Shown: positions 36,085-45,955, counted from the stretch's first letter. The stretch is 64,000 bases of DNA from Puniceicoccales bacterium (GCA_031268175.1 JAIRXR010000011.1:27908-91907), one strand, 5' to 3'. Made by a program: numbers and translations. The notes: generated by a model not told the origin, from the sequence alone.

Positions 36085-37578
36085 CTATTTTTTGTAATCG
36101 AAACTCATTATTCCAACCGCATAGGCCAGGTCAACCACAGTCATGGACAAATTATTTTTTGATTGTATAGTCTTCAACCTCGCCGACGCCAGTTGTGTCT
36201 GCGCAGCCATCAGGTCCACGAACGGCGAAAGCCCGTTGTCGTACGCTATGACAATTGAATCGAATGACTCTTGTGATACCTGCTCATAGTTCTTGGAAGC
36301 GTGGAGCTGCCTGAGTGCGGACTCGAACGCGTGATATTTCGACCAGACGTCGGAAGCAACGGCCAGCTCCAGCTTCCTAAGATCCTGCTCAGCCTGCTTT
36401 AATTTCTCCTTCGACTCCACTATGTCGTAGACATTGTTAAACCCATCGAACACGGTCCACCGCAGAGCGGCGTAGATGTTAAAATTGTTGAAGCTTCCCC
36501 TAATACCATCGTAGTACTTTTTGCTCCCAGATACGCCGAGCACCAACTCCGGGGCCAACTTTGAATAGCTAGTCCAAATGCTATTTTTCGCGGCTCTAAC
36601 CGCGGCATGCGCCGCCGAAACGTCCGGGCGAGTGAGAATAGTCTCCTCCACCAAATCGTGAATATTTACGCTGAGATCTTTGATGCTCTCATCGTTTCCA
36701 CTTCGCGCGATGCGCAGGCTGCTGGAAACGCGTACCCCAATGGCGTTTGCCAAGTCGGCACGAGCGATCTCGACGTGGGATTTGGCGTCCTCAAGCTCAG
36801 ATTCTGCCCGAGCCTTGTTCGCCTTCGCCTGAAGAAAATCCTGCACGTTGGAAAGGCCGGCTTGGTTACGTAGGAATGCCGCATCGTAGGCGACCAGCGC
36901 ATCTTCCAAGTTTCTCTGGCTTGCCTCGACGGCACATTCCGCCGAATCAAGCGCAAAATAGCACCGATGCACTCCGTTGGCAAGCGTTTGCAGCGCCCAG
37001 TTGTGCTGGTAATTCGCGGCATAGAGCAGTTGCTTCGCGGCATCGGCGGATTTCAAACGGCCACCGAATTGAAAAATTGAGTACTGCAGCTCGACGGCCG
37101 GGTAGAAATCTGTCGCTCTGCTGCTTGTCGCAGGAAGGTTTGACTCGGTTTTTTCGGCAACGCCGGAGATCGTAATTTTCGGGAAGAAGATACTCGACGC
37201 TTTCCCGCTTTGGGCGGCTGCTATGCGAGCCGCGTGCCAACTCTTCTTCGTGACTGGGCTATTTTCAAATGCTATGTCGAGCAGCATCGGCAAATCCAGC
37301 TCTTTGGTTGCATCGATCAAGGCTGCATCAAACGCCACGCTGGATTCGAGTTGCTTTCGCTGCGCAGCTGCCTCTCTCTCCGGCGGAATCCAGGGAACAC
37401 CAGCGGACTGCGACACACCCCTGTCGACGGATACGCACCCGCCAATTAGCGTGAAAAACACCGCAGCACCGGCTGCGGCTGGCACACAGCTTTGTAGAAA
37501 AAAAGACTTAATCCTATTCCGCACTTTGTCCGACGCCTCAGCACAGATAACTAAAAAATGGTTTACGTTCAAGCACAT
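36085..37578 (-). CDS. Outer-membrane efflux factor (TolC/OprM family) lipoprotein
   Basis: A 497-aa protein with a LIGGC lipobox and the two-repeat OEP architecture. It is the first gene of the tolC-mfp-rnd-regulator operon. The exact start is uncertain. Confidence 0.85.
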   Translation of the reverse strand: MCLNVNHFLVICAEASDKVRNRIKSFFLQSCVPAAAGAAVFFTLIGGCVSVDRGVSQSAGVPWIPPEREAAAQRKQLESSVAFDAALIDATKELDLPMLLDIAFENSPVTKKSWHAARIAAAQSGKASSIFFPKITISGVAEKTESNLPATSSRATDFYPAVELQYSIFQFGGRLKSADAAKQLLYAANYQHNWALQTLANGVHRCYFALDSAECAVEASQRNLEDALVAYDAAFLRNQAGLSNVQDFLQAKANKARAESELEDAKSHVEIARADLANAIGVRVSSSLRIARSGNDESIKDLSVNIHDLVEETILTRPDVSAAHAAVRAAKNSIWTSYSKLAPELVLGVSGSKKYYDGIRGSFNNFNIYAALRWTVFDGFNNVYDIVESKEKLKQAEQDLRKLELAVASDVWSKYHAFESALRQLHASKNYEQVSQESFDSIVIAYDNGLSPFVDLMAAQTQLASARLKTIQSKNNLSMTVVDLAYAVGIMSFDYKK

Positions 37579-37639
37579 TTATCTCGCGTCCAATTTATTA
37601 TTTTTTAAACGGAGTTTAATTTTTCAAATCGCATACAAA

Positions 37640-38614
37640 ATGTTTACAGCTGCTAGAAACCTGTTAGAAGCGGAAAGCGATGCAATAAAACTGTTTTCCA
37701 AGCGCTTGGATGCAAATTTTCAAAGGGTCGTCGAAATTCTACTAAATCACCGTGGAAAGACTATTGTCTGCGGCATGGGAAAGTCTGGGCACATTGCGAA
37801 AAAGATAGCGGCAACGTTCACGAGCATAGGGCAGCCATCAGTATTTTTACATCCCGCCGAAGGGGCACACGGGGATCTAGGCGTTTATTCCCCCGGGGAT
37901 CCAACGATTTTGCTCTCCAAAAGCGGGACGACCGATGAGATCATTTGCCTAATCCCAACGCTGCAAAAATTTCAGTCGAAAATAATTTCCATTCTCGGGA
38001 ATGTAAATTCCCCAATCGGCTATGCCTCGGACGTCATAATTGACATTTCCTTCGCCAAGGAAGCGGATCCGCTGAATATAGTTCCGACGACCAGTTCCAT
38101 CGTCAGCCTAGCCGTCGGCGATGCGCTCGCGGCCGAGTTGATGGCCCGGCGGTCATTTACCAAGCATGACTTCGCCACGTTTCACCCCGCCGGACAGCTC
38201 GGTAGAAATTTGTTGCTGCGAGTGCAGGACGTCATGTCCCACAAATCCGCCTGTGCGATCGTAAAACCCGAAAGTACGCTCAGGGAAATAGTGATAGCGA
38301 TGACGCAATTTCCACTCGGGGCGGCCATCGTCACAGGCAGTGGCGATACCATGGAGGGCCTCATAACTGAAGGCGACATTCGCAGATCCCTGAAGGATGA
38401 AAATTCCTTCAAAAGCGTCAAAGCAAAGGACATAATGACGAAAACTCCCAAATTCGTCCACGCAGATGACTATGTTGGAGAAGCCGTAAAAATCATGGAA
38501 AGCGGGGCGTCTCAAATTTACGTACTACCAGTCATAGACGATAATTCGGAGCCCGGGAAGCGCATAGCGCTCGGGCTGCTGCGCCTACACGACACCTATC
38601 GGCACGGAGCCTAG
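37640..38614 (+). CDS. kdsD: Arabinose-5-phosphate isomerase (KdsD/KpsF; SIS + 2xCBS)
   Basis: From ATG 37640 the protein reads MFTAARNLLEAESDAIKLFSKRLD...GKTIVCGMGKSGHIAKKIAATFTSIGQPSVFLHPAEGAHGDLG. The ORF-track start at 37223 is an artefactual extension overlapping tolC. Confidence 0.9.
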   Translation: MFTAARNLLEAESDAIKLFSKRLDANFQRVVEILLNHRGKTIVCGMGKSGHIAKKIAATFTSIGQPSVFLHPAEGAHGDLGVYSPGDPTILLSKSGTTDEIICLIPTLQKFQSKIISILGNVNSPIGYASDVIIDISFAKEADPLNIVPTTSSIVSLAVGDALAAELMARRSFTKHDFATFHPAGQLGRNLLLRVQDVMSHKSACAIVKPESTLREIVIAMTQFPLGAAIVTGSGDTMEGLITEGDIRRSLKDENSFKSVKAKDIMTKTPKFVHADDYVGEAVKIMESGASQIYVLPVIDDNSEPGKRIALGLLRLHDTYRHGA

Positions 38615-38646
38615 GGCGCTTCGCTTCCGCAGAGCACGCGCCGTCG

Positions 38647-39384
38647 TCACTTCGTGTCATCTGGCTGCAGTGCTAGGAAATGGTTCCCGTTTTCATGCAG
38701 CATGCCTATGGTTTTCTGGTTCCTCAGCAGTCCAATTAGTACATCGTAGACGGTGCCGCCGCGAACGTCGATGTCCGTCGCGAACCGCTGCAGCGCATCC
38801 AATATTTTTGGCAGTTCATCGCTCCGCATCGCGAGATATTCCTCCAGCCATTTGCCAAAGTTTTCCTTGAAGTTCAACCGCGTCAAGACCGCGTAGACAT
38901 CACCATAGGGAAAAACGAATTCAATTTGTCCAGAGTCATAGCTGATTATAACCACCGGCCGCCTGTAGTAATCAGCTATCTTTTGAATGTTTATCGCATC
39001 GAACATCTCCCCGACTGGAGTCCCAGTTTTCTGCCGCAAAGCCTTGACGTACGCGTTGGCATCGCCGTGGGCATGCCCACTGGGAGACAGCGCCTCGCCA
39101 CCGAAATTTTCCGCCTTTGTTTGCGACAGTATGGCATAAAATCCGCAATTGTTACCCATGCCTGACATGTCGCAAATAACCCTGTTGGCGGAGGAAAGCA
39201 TAGCCTGCATTTCCCTATCCGTCAACTGGCAATCACTTTCGCCTCTCCGCACCAGAAGATTGTCGTCCTTAAAAAATCGCCAGCGCCGACCATGGCACTC
39301 TGACGGCACTGAGATAGCACACAGCAGCACTAGCACAAAAAAATATCTAGGACATAAAAATTTACAGATCTTCATAGCAACCAC
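38647..39384 (-). CDS. Secreted minimal OTU-like cysteine protease paralog
   Basis: The N-terminal Sec-type signal is MVAMKICKFLCPRYFFVLVLLCAISVPSECHG. The catalytic motifs are DMSGMGNNCGFYAILSQ (Cys codon 39145-39147), EMFDAINIQKIADYYRRPVVIISYDSG and MLHENGNHFLALQ (His codon 38680-38682). Confidence 0.78.
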   Translation of the reverse strand: MVAMKICKFLCPRYFFVLVLLCAISVPSECHGRRWRFFKDDNLLVRRGESDCQLTDREMQAMLSSANRVICDMSGMGNNCGFYAILSQTKAENFGGEALSPSGHAHGDANAYVKALRQKTGTPVGEMFDAINIQKIADYYRRPVVIISYDSGQIEFVFPYGDVYAVLTRLNFKENFGKWLEEYLAMRSDELPKILDALQRFATDIDVRGGTVYDVLIGLLRNQKTIGMLHENGNHFLALQPDDTK

Positions 39385-39605
39385 CTATCACATCTCACCA
39401 ATTCGGCGGTGCCCGCGAAAGCCGCCGCCGCGCCGCACAGCATTGCAAGCCTTTCGCAAAAGTCAAGCCTTTCGCAAAACCAAAAGATTGCCCAAACTGT
39501 AATTTTTTAAAAATCTTACCGCAAAATATCAAGCAGTGCCAGCAAAGTTCAAATTTTCGAAAATTTTACTGTAGTTTTTGAAGAAAAGGTGCAGCATGCG
39601 GACGC

Positions 39606-40106
39606 ATGTTTCCTGTAAATAAGTCCATGTCGGTAGAATATTTGGTTGGTGCCTTTTCCCAGATGGCGGTTCCGTCGAATCCGGATGGCGAAGAAGTGAA
39701 AACCTTCGCCGGAATCGCCGCCGAATTCAGTCTGCTCTTTTCATCTTCCAGGGAAAATTTCGAATGGTCTGAAACGGACATGTTTACCAGTAAAAAAGCT
39801 GCAATTGACTACCTCTGGAAACTGAGTTCAGACGAGTGCACGGAAATATTGCTCACCCAAGTCCGTGGATTTTCAATCCTGCACGACATCATGTTTTCTC
39901 TGCCCAACCGCGACGATTGGCTATCTTTTTGCGATTTGCTCAGGACACTTACGAATAGGGACAAGCAATCGTGCCTGCAATTGGTCAAGTCCTCTGATTT
40001 TTACAGCAGCAGCTCCGGACGATGGCCCTCACACACGGCCATTGGAGAGGCATGCGACGCGCTCTCGTACAATTTCGACGGCGACTATTCCAATAGCAAC
40101 GGCTAG
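39606..40106 (+). CDS. Hypothetical protein, tandem paralog A (166 aa)
   Basis: It is collinear with the next ORF at roughly 40% identity by eye: MF.VNK, KKAAIDYLW, AEILL.QV.G, DW and SC. Confidence 0.6.
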   Translation: MFPVNKSMSVEYLVGAFSQMAVPSNPDGEEVKTFAGIAAEFSLLFSSSRENFEWSETDMFTSKKAAIDYLWKLSSDECTEILLTQVRGFSILHDIMFSLPNRDDWLSFCDLLRTLTNRDKQSCLQLVKSSDFYSSSSGRWPSHTAIGEACDALSYNFDGDYSNSNG

Positions 40107-40318
40107 TGTTGCCTCGAAGGCACGGCAACGTTTTCTCCACGGTACGCCTGCGGAAGCATGGCGAGTTGGGTATCGTCGACTACGCATGCCTGGGAAGTGA
40201 TTTCGAATTCACTATTTGCCTGTTGTCGCTGCTAAATCGCTACATGCGGTTCCACGTAGCTTAAATTTTTTGAAAATTTTACTGTAGTTTTTGCATAAAA
40301 GATGCAACATCTGTGTGC

Positions 40319-40792
40319 ATGTTTACTGTAAATAAACCTGCGTCGGACGGATATTTGGCCAACGCCTTCTTGCAGACGTCGCTTTTACCGAAAAATAGTG
40401 GTAAAGAAACGAAGGATCTAGCCGAAATCGCCGGAGAATTTCACCGACTTTTCACGGAACAGACAGAGGCAAACATGTTTGCCGGGAAAAAAGCTGCAAT
40501 CGACTATCTGTGGGAGATGAAATCGAGCAAGTGCGCAGAAATACTGCTCGCCCAAGTCAACGGCGTTCCGGTTTTGCACAGCATCATATTTTCGCAAATT
40601 GACGACGCTGATTGGGGTACTTTTACCTCAGTTCTTCGGGCGCTTCCGGTGGAAGATAGGCTATCCTGCCTTGGATCGTTCGCATGCAGCGATTTTTTCA
40701 AGAATGATTTTGAGTGGCCTCACGTCCCGCTAATAGGCGCATGCGAAGCACTTTTGCACGGCTTCGGAGGTGGTGTTAATTGGAATGATTAG
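40319..40792 (+). CDS. Hypothetical protein, tandem paralog B (157 aa)
   Basis: ATG 40319 is chosen by homology with paralog A (gcATGTTTaCTGTAAATAA). The ORF-track GTG 40313 lies two codons upstream. Confidence 0.6.
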   Translation: MFTVNKPASDGYLANAFLQTSLLPKNSGKETKDLAEIAGEFHRLFTEQTEANMFAGKKAAIDYLWEMKSSKCAEILLAQVNGVPVLHSIIFSQIDDADWGTFTSVLRALPVEDRLSCLGSFACSDFFKNDFEWPHVPLIGACEALLHGFGGGVNWND

Positions 40793-41976
40793 TGCACTCT
40801 CGAAAGCACAACAACGTTTTCGATGTGCCTAGTCTGTGGAAACATGTCAAAGGGCTGGATCGCTCCGACTGCGTATGCCTGGGAAATGATTTTGAGGTCC
40901 CGTGCCTGCGTGTCTGGAGAGCATGAAACGTAGACAATCTTCTCCGGGGCAAACTCCATCAATTGCCGGAGAAAATTCGCATCACACCCGGTACGCGGAG
41001 GGTCGATTATGACACTCGTTTCGCAGCCGGGAAATTCGACCGCGGCGAAAATTTGTTCCGCCGTGCCGACGGTAAATTCGACATTTGCCGCGCCGTTTTT
41101 GGCTGCATTCAATCGAGCAAAATTCACGGCCACTTCGCTCACTTCAATGCCGGCAACCCTTTCAAATTTTTCGGCAGCCACCACACCAAATACGCCCACG
41201 CCACAAAACGCGTCTATCAAATACTTTGGTCCGGCGGCCACTTCGCTAGCAAAATTAGCGAGCTCCGGTAGCATGTATGCGTTGTTTTGGAAAAATTCCC
41301 CAGCGCGAAATGAAAATTCGCGGATGCCAACGCTCTGCGAAACGGATGCCTTCGGGTCAGTCACGACATTCGTTCCGAGATCTCGCAGAAGCAACGTCCC
41401 TCCCTTCCTCAGCGAACCTTTCTCAGCAAAAATCTTTTCGCGAGCGGTCGGCAGTGCGCGATTTATGTTTTCCGTCGCTATGGGGCACTCCTCCACGTCG
41501 ACGATACGGCGGCGCCCGTTTTCCAGAAACCCGATCGGCGGAACGGACTTTTGGAAATGGGGTGTTATTTTTGATCGATAGTTGTAGTGACGATCGCTCC
41601 CAATGCACTCGTTGACCGGAAATTCCACGCCGCCGATGCGCTTCATAATTTCCACAATTTGGTTCCGCTTCGCTGATAACTGAGCGCCGTAAGCCATGTG
41701 CTGGTATTGGCATCCGCCGCACGTGCCAAATAGCGGACACTTCGGCTTAACTCTAGCATCCGCCGGGCGTACAATACTCACCAAATCTCCCAAGGAATAA
41801 TTTTTTAAATTTTTGTAAATTTTCACCGCGACAACTTCTCCGACGCAAACGTAGGGCACCATTACAACCCAATTGTTCACACGCCCAACTCCGAAACCAC
41901 CATTCGCCATATCCGAAATTTCGAGCTGAACCTCTTCGTGATATTTGAACGGGACATTCGTAAAATTTTCCATCAT
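40789..41976 (-). CDS. TRAM-domain 23S rRNA (uracil-5)-methyltransferase, RumA/RlmD family
   Basis: TRAM region: EVQLEISDMANGGFGVGRV. Fe-S cluster motif: CPLFGTCGGCQYQH. SAM fold: IDAFCGVGVFG. Catalytic C-terminus: YVSCSPDTQARD. The start is set at MMENF; the ORF-track start at 42054 is an extension. Confidence 0.85.
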   Translation of the reverse strand: MMENFTNVPFKYHEEVQLEISDMANGGFGVGRVNNWVVMVPYVCVGEVVAVKIYKNLKNYSLGDLVSIVRPADARVKPKCPLFGTCGGCQYQHMAYGAQLSAKRNQIVEIMKRIGGVEFPVNECIGSDRHYNYRSKITPHFQKSVPPIGFLENGRRRIVDVEECPIATENINRALPTAREKIFAEKGSLRKGGTLLLRDLGTNVVTDPKASVSQSVGIREFSFRAGEFFQNNAYMLPELANFASEVAAGPKYLIDAFCGVGVFGVVAAEKFERVAGIEVSEVAVNFARLNAAKNGAANVEFTVGTAEQIFAAVEFPGCETSVIIDPPRTGCDANFLRQLMEFAPEKIVYVSCSPDTQARDLKIISQAYAVGAIQPFDMFPQTRHIENVVVLSRVH

Positions 41977-42066
41977 CCAACGCCTAGCTAAGACAAACGC
42001 AGCGCATTGCAAGCACGCGCTTGCAGCCGCCAGCCTTAAAAATTTGAAGCACACGGGAAAAGTCGC

Positions 42067-43506
42067 TCACTTTTTGTCCGCAGAGAAGCGCCTGTCCTTT
42101 TCGGAAAATTCCAAGTTAATTGCGCAACCAGCCAGGTCAAAATTTGATCGCAGCACATTTAGCAGGTATTTTTTGTAATTTTCGATCAGCAGCGCAATTC
42201 TGTTGCAGAAAAATTTAAAAACAAACGGCATGTTTCCAGTCTGAACGGCGTAGTATACCTTGAAGCTGCGACCGCTTGCGGTGGATGGAGGATGCTTTTC
42301 CATTGCACTTTGGAGCACGCGATTTAGCTCACCGGTTCCAATTTTTGCGTTCATTCGCCCGTACAACTTTTCGGCGAGTGGGAGCAGCCGCTTTGTTCCG
42401 TATCCCGTTTTTGCGGCTATAAAAACGACGTCCACACCGGGAAATGCGCGCAATTCCTCTCGAACGGACCCAGCAAATGATTCTCGAAAGTCCCCAACGG
42501 TCTCAAAATTTTCCAATAGACCGTCGGCGTGTGACTTCTGTGCAATGTCCCATTTGTTAACAACGACGATCACACCCTTTCCGGCGGCGATTATGTTATC
42601 GGCTATTTTTTTATCCAATTTCGTGATTCCGCCCAGGGCATCGATGACGAGAAACACAACGTGGCAATCGAGTATGCTTTCCCTGGTGCGCAGCGACGAA
42701 AAGTAGTCTAGCGGCGTACTGATCCTGTTTTGCGGATGCAACCCAGCCGTGTCGAACAATTCGAAGGCGTGGCGAAGCGCTGCGATAGAATCATTCGGCA
42801 GCTTTACCCTTACCGATTCGCGCGTCGTTCCGGGGATGTCACTGACGATCACGCGCCGTTCACCAAAAAGGGCATTTGCAATCGACGATTTGCCAACATT
42901 CGGGCGTCCGATTAGGGCCAATTTTATGGGGCTGCGCTCTTCCTCTTTTTCCTGCTCCTCCGATTTTTTCCTGAAATCAGCAGTTTTTTCCGCTATCAGC
43001 TCTCTGATTTCCGCCTCTCCGATGCCATGTTCCGCCGATGATGCAAGCGGTAAACCAAAGCCAAACTCCGCAAACGCATCCGCCAGGTAGTATTTCTTCG
43101 AGCTGTCTATTTTATTCGCTATTACAACCACATTTGAAGCATTTTTTCGCAGTGTATCGGCAATGGTGTAGTCCATCGGCACGATGCCTTCCGTCGCGTC
43201 GACCACAAAAAATATTAAATCGGCCGCTCCAATCGCCAGGGCGACCTGCTCTTCGACGGCCGCAGCTATCTCGCCGATGCTATTTGCCCCGGACAGGCCG
43301 ATGCCGCCCGTATCCATCAAAATGATATTTTCGCCGATTTCATGGGCTATGACGTCGCGCGTGACGCCAGGAGCGTCGTGCACAACGGAAATGCGTTCGC
43401 GCGCCAGTCGATTGAACAGCCGGCTTTTGCCAACGTTTGGACGCCCGACAATCGCTATGCCATAGGAAGATCTCACGGTAGACGCACCTACTAAGGCTCG
43501 TGGCAA
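42067..43506 (-). CDS. der: Ribosome-biogenesis GTPase Der (EngA), double G-domain + KH
   Basis: Two P-loops are present, [14 protein letters not shown] and [14 protein letters not shown], with DTGG/DTAG and NKID/NKWD motifs. Confidence 0.92.
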   Translation of the reverse strand: MPRALVGASTVRSSYGIAIVGRPNVGKSRLFNRLARERISVVHDAPGVTRDVIAHEIGENIILMDTGGIGLSGANSIGEIAAAVEEQVALAIGAADLIFFVVDATEGIVPMDYTIADTLRKNASNVVVIANKIDSSKKYYLADAFAEFGFGLPLASSAEHGIGEAEIRELIAEKTADFRKKSEEQEKEEERSPIKLALIGRPNVGKSSIANALFGERRVIVSDIPGTTRESVRVKLPNDSIAALRHAFELFDTAGLHPQNRISTPLDYFSSLRTRESILDCHVVFLVIDALGGITKLDKKIADNIIAAGKGVIVVVNKWDIAQKSHADGLLENFETVGDFRESFAGSVREELRAFPGVDVVFIAAKTGYGTKRLLPLAEKLYGRMNAKIGTGELNRVLQSAMEKHPPSTASGRSFKVYYAVQTGNMPFVFKFFCNRIALLIENYKKYLLNVLRSNFDLAGCAINLEFSEKDRRFSADKK

Positions 43507-43633
43507 AAATTTACAAGCCTAAATCGCCTAGCGGAGATATTTGTTGCATCGCGGCGAATCGCAATTCGCAGACCATGAAACTCTTCGCCGTTAGGCAATG
43601 GGCGCATTTATTGCAAAATATTTCGTAAATTAT

Positions 43634-43661
43634 TTGACAAAATTTCTCCATGTGATAGAAT
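43634..43661 (+). promoter_or_regulatory. Near-consensus extended -10 sigma70 promoter predicting a leaderless kinase mRNA
   Basis: TTGACA (43634-43639), a 16-nt spacer ending in TGa, and TAGAAT (43656-43661). The kinase ATG (43668) lies only 6 nt after the -10, with no room for an SD. Confidence 0.55.
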
Positions 43662-43667
43662 CTTGGC

Positions 43668-45308
43668 ATGTCGATACAACAAACAAATCAAGAAGATGTC
43701 CTCGACGCGAATGTCGGAAAAGAGGACAAAAAAGAAGCTACATTTTCGTCTGGAACCAAAACATACATGGTTTCGGAAGCGGATACAAAGTGGAATGAAA
43801 GCGTCCCGAAGATGGAAGAGCTTGGTATCACGCTAGGGAAACGCAACGCAGCACCTTCAGGAAAATATCCGTTATTCACCGCGCCTAAAGGGACAGTTCT
43901 TGGGCAGGGATCGTATGGACGCGTCACCGAATATAGAGTTCCTCCTACGCCTACGCCTGCAGTGGCGAAACAAGGCAATGTGGAAAATGCAATCGCCGCT
44001 GGAACTAAGCCGTCACTTGCAAGGACAAAAACCGAACGGGGAAAACAACAATCGACGACTGCATTCGGAAGTACCGTTTACCACAAACCAGCGGAAACAA
44101 AGCATCCCAAGCCGATCATCGCAAATCAGAAACAAGCGGCGGTGGATACGGCCACCACCAACCCGGAACCTACTAAGTTCTACGTTAAAAAAACATCCTT
44201 GCACGAAAATACCTCAAACATCGATTTTGAGCGGGAGATAAATAGTAAACTTTGCCGAAGTAGAAGTGAGATCAAAACCGACGCCACCAAGCAGTCATAT
44301 TTGATTCATGCGGCGAATACAACCAATGTTCCAATCATAATCAAGGCCGAAAAATCGAAAGACATTTATTTTGCAAAGGCACCCGGGGAAGATTTAGGAA
44401 AAATTTTAAAAAAAGGCACGCCCATTCCACAAGAGAAAAAATTGGCTATCTGTGCTGGTGTTGCAAATGGCCTCGCCGTTGCGCACGAAAGCGGCATCGT
44501 ACATCGCGACCTAAAGCCTGGAAATGTCAACGTGGACGTGGGAACCGGATCAACGAAGGTGCTGGACTTCGGATTGGCATTCGTCCCAGATCCAGCAGAG
44601 AGGGAAAAATTAAAAAATCAACCCCATTCACGTTGTATTACAAACTACTGCGGATCAATTGAACAGTATTGGTTTTTGCAAGCAATAAATGATCGTGAAA
44701 AAGCTCTCAAACACGAGCACAACAAGCAAAAACAAGGACGATTAATTGCGGAAATAAAAACTTTGGAGAAGGATCTGGCCGCAATAACAGTCCCGGCCAC
44801 CGACGTCTACGGCTTTGGAATGTTCATGGTGGCAGGATTGTTTGGCAAGTATGGCAACGAATTGTGGAAAGAGTGGTTTTGTAAATACGAACATGAAGAC
44901 GCCGGAGCAAACATAGCAATCAGAGAGTACTTCAGAGAGAATATAGATCGTATAGCCGTCGGACTGAATAGTGGACTGCCCTTAGACGAACAATATTCGG
45001 AAGAACAATTGTACTGGATAACGGAGCTGATGAGGAACTGCACGGATCCAAATCCGACGCATAGGCCGACGGCGGCGCAGGCAGGCGAAATTTTGGAGCT
45101 CATGGCTGCGAGATTCGACCCAGATCAACTGAAAAAGGAAAAGGAGGCTGCGGCGGACGCAAAAACAAAAAAAGCAAAAACTCCCAACGGCTCAATGACA
45201 TTTGACGAAGCCTGGAGTTTGGCTATCAAGGACAGGCAGATGCCCGACCACACCCCAGAATACATTGATAAGGCCTTTAAAGCGTACCAAAAATACGATC
45301 TTTTGTAA
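43668..45308 (+). CDS. Eukaryotic-like (Hanks-type) Ser/Thr protein kinase
   Basis: Motifs seen are the G-loop LGQGSYGRV, AVAK, the catalytic loop VHRDLKPGNVNVD, LDFGLA, YCGSIE, TDVYGFGMFM and NPTHRPTAAQ. Two hand-counted 60-nt lines give about 37-38% G+C. Confidence 0.85.
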   Translation: MSIQQTNQEDVLDANVGKEDKKEATFSSGTKTYMVSEADTKWNESVPKMEELGITLGKRNAAPSGKYPLFTAPKGTVLGQGSYGRVTEYRVPPTPTPAVAKQGNVENAIAAGTKPSLARTKTERGKQQSTTAFGSTVYHKPAETKHPKPIIANQKQAAVDTATTNPEPTKFYVKKTSLHENTSNIDFEREINSKLCRSRSEIKTDATKQSYLIHAANTTNVPIIIKAEKSKDIYFAKAPGEDLGKILKKGTPIPQEKKLAICAGVANGLAVAHESGIVHRDLKPGNVNVDVGTGSTKVLDFGLAFVPDPAEREKLKNQPHSRCITNYCGSIEQYWFLQAINDREKALKHEHNKQKQGRLIAEIKTLEKDLAAITVPATDVYGFGMFMVAGLFGKYGNELWKEWFCKYEHEDAGANIAIREYFRENIDRIAVGLNSGLPLDEQYSEEQLYWITELMRNCTDPNPTHRPTAAQAGEILELMAARFDPDQLKKEKEAAADAKTKKAKTPNGSMTFDEAWSLAIKDRQMPDHTPEYIDKAFKAYQKYDLL

Positions 45309-45341
45309 GGCGAGCTTTCCAAATTGGAACAGAAAACCCAC

Positions 45342-45378
45342 GGCGACCGCGCGGCAAAGCCCGCGGGAATCGGTCGCC
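45342..45378 (-). terminator. Possible stem-loop terminator between the convergent kinase and rpsI genes
   Basis: In GGCGACCgCGCGGcaaagcCCGCGggaatcGGTCGCC the outer 7-bp stem encloses an inner 5-bp stem. On the minus strand the hairpin is followed by gtgggTTTTctgtt. The T-tract is weak. Confidence 0.3.
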
Positions 45379-45531
45379 GAGATGTCACTAAAACATGACT
45401 TCTTTACCGGCAATTCGGTGGCAAACGGAAAGCAGTTTCGCAATCGACGCCACAAAAATCAATGAAATAGCACACTGCGCAGAAAAAACACCAAAAACCT
45501 GCAGCCATAGCATATTCCAGCCGAAGCGCGA

Positions 45532-45945
45532 CTACCTCTTGGAGAATTGGAAGCGCTTTCTGGCACCGGGGCGCCCGGGCTTTTTTCGCTCCCTAATCCT
45601 GCTGTCACGCGTAAGCAAGCCCTCTTTTTTCAATGGCGCGCGCAAATCGGGATCCATTTTTTCCAGCGACCGCGCAAGGCCCAGTGAAATTGCTCCAATT
45701 TGCCCGGAAATTCCACCGCCGGAGGTTTTTGCGGCGACGTCCACGCTGTCTATCTTACCGGCAGCTACCAGTGGTGCGAGGAGCCGCCGCTCCGCGTCAT
45801 CTAGCGAACAAAACTCGGCGAGAGCCCTGCCATTCACGTCAAATTTTCCCGTGCCACTGCAAATCACGACACTAGCAACGGCGCACTTCCTACGCCCAGT
45901 GCCGCAAAACACGGCGATGTTTTTGTCTTTTTCTCCTCGTGCCAT
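45532..45945 (-). CDS. rpsI: 30S ribosomal protein S9
   Basis: The sequence MARGEKDKNIAVFCGTGRRKCAVASV...RDSRIRERKKPGRPGARKRFQFSKR carries the canonical S9 C-terminus. Confidence 0.92.
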   Translation of the reverse strand: MARGEKDKNIAVFCGTGRRKCAVASVVICSGTGKFDVNGRALAEFCSLDDAERRLLAPLVAAGKIDSVDVAAKTSGGGISGQIGAISLGLARSLEKMDPDLRAPLKKEGLLTRDSRIRERKKPGRPGARKRFQFSKR

Positions 45946-45955
45946 CGTAAAAATC

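Noticed and set aside
37223-37639. A 139-codon N-terminal extension of the kdsD ORF given by the ORF track
   Set aside because: The extension overlaps the tolC-family gene on the other strand and has no homology to KdsD/KpsF. The canonical KpsF N-terminus starts at ATG 37640.
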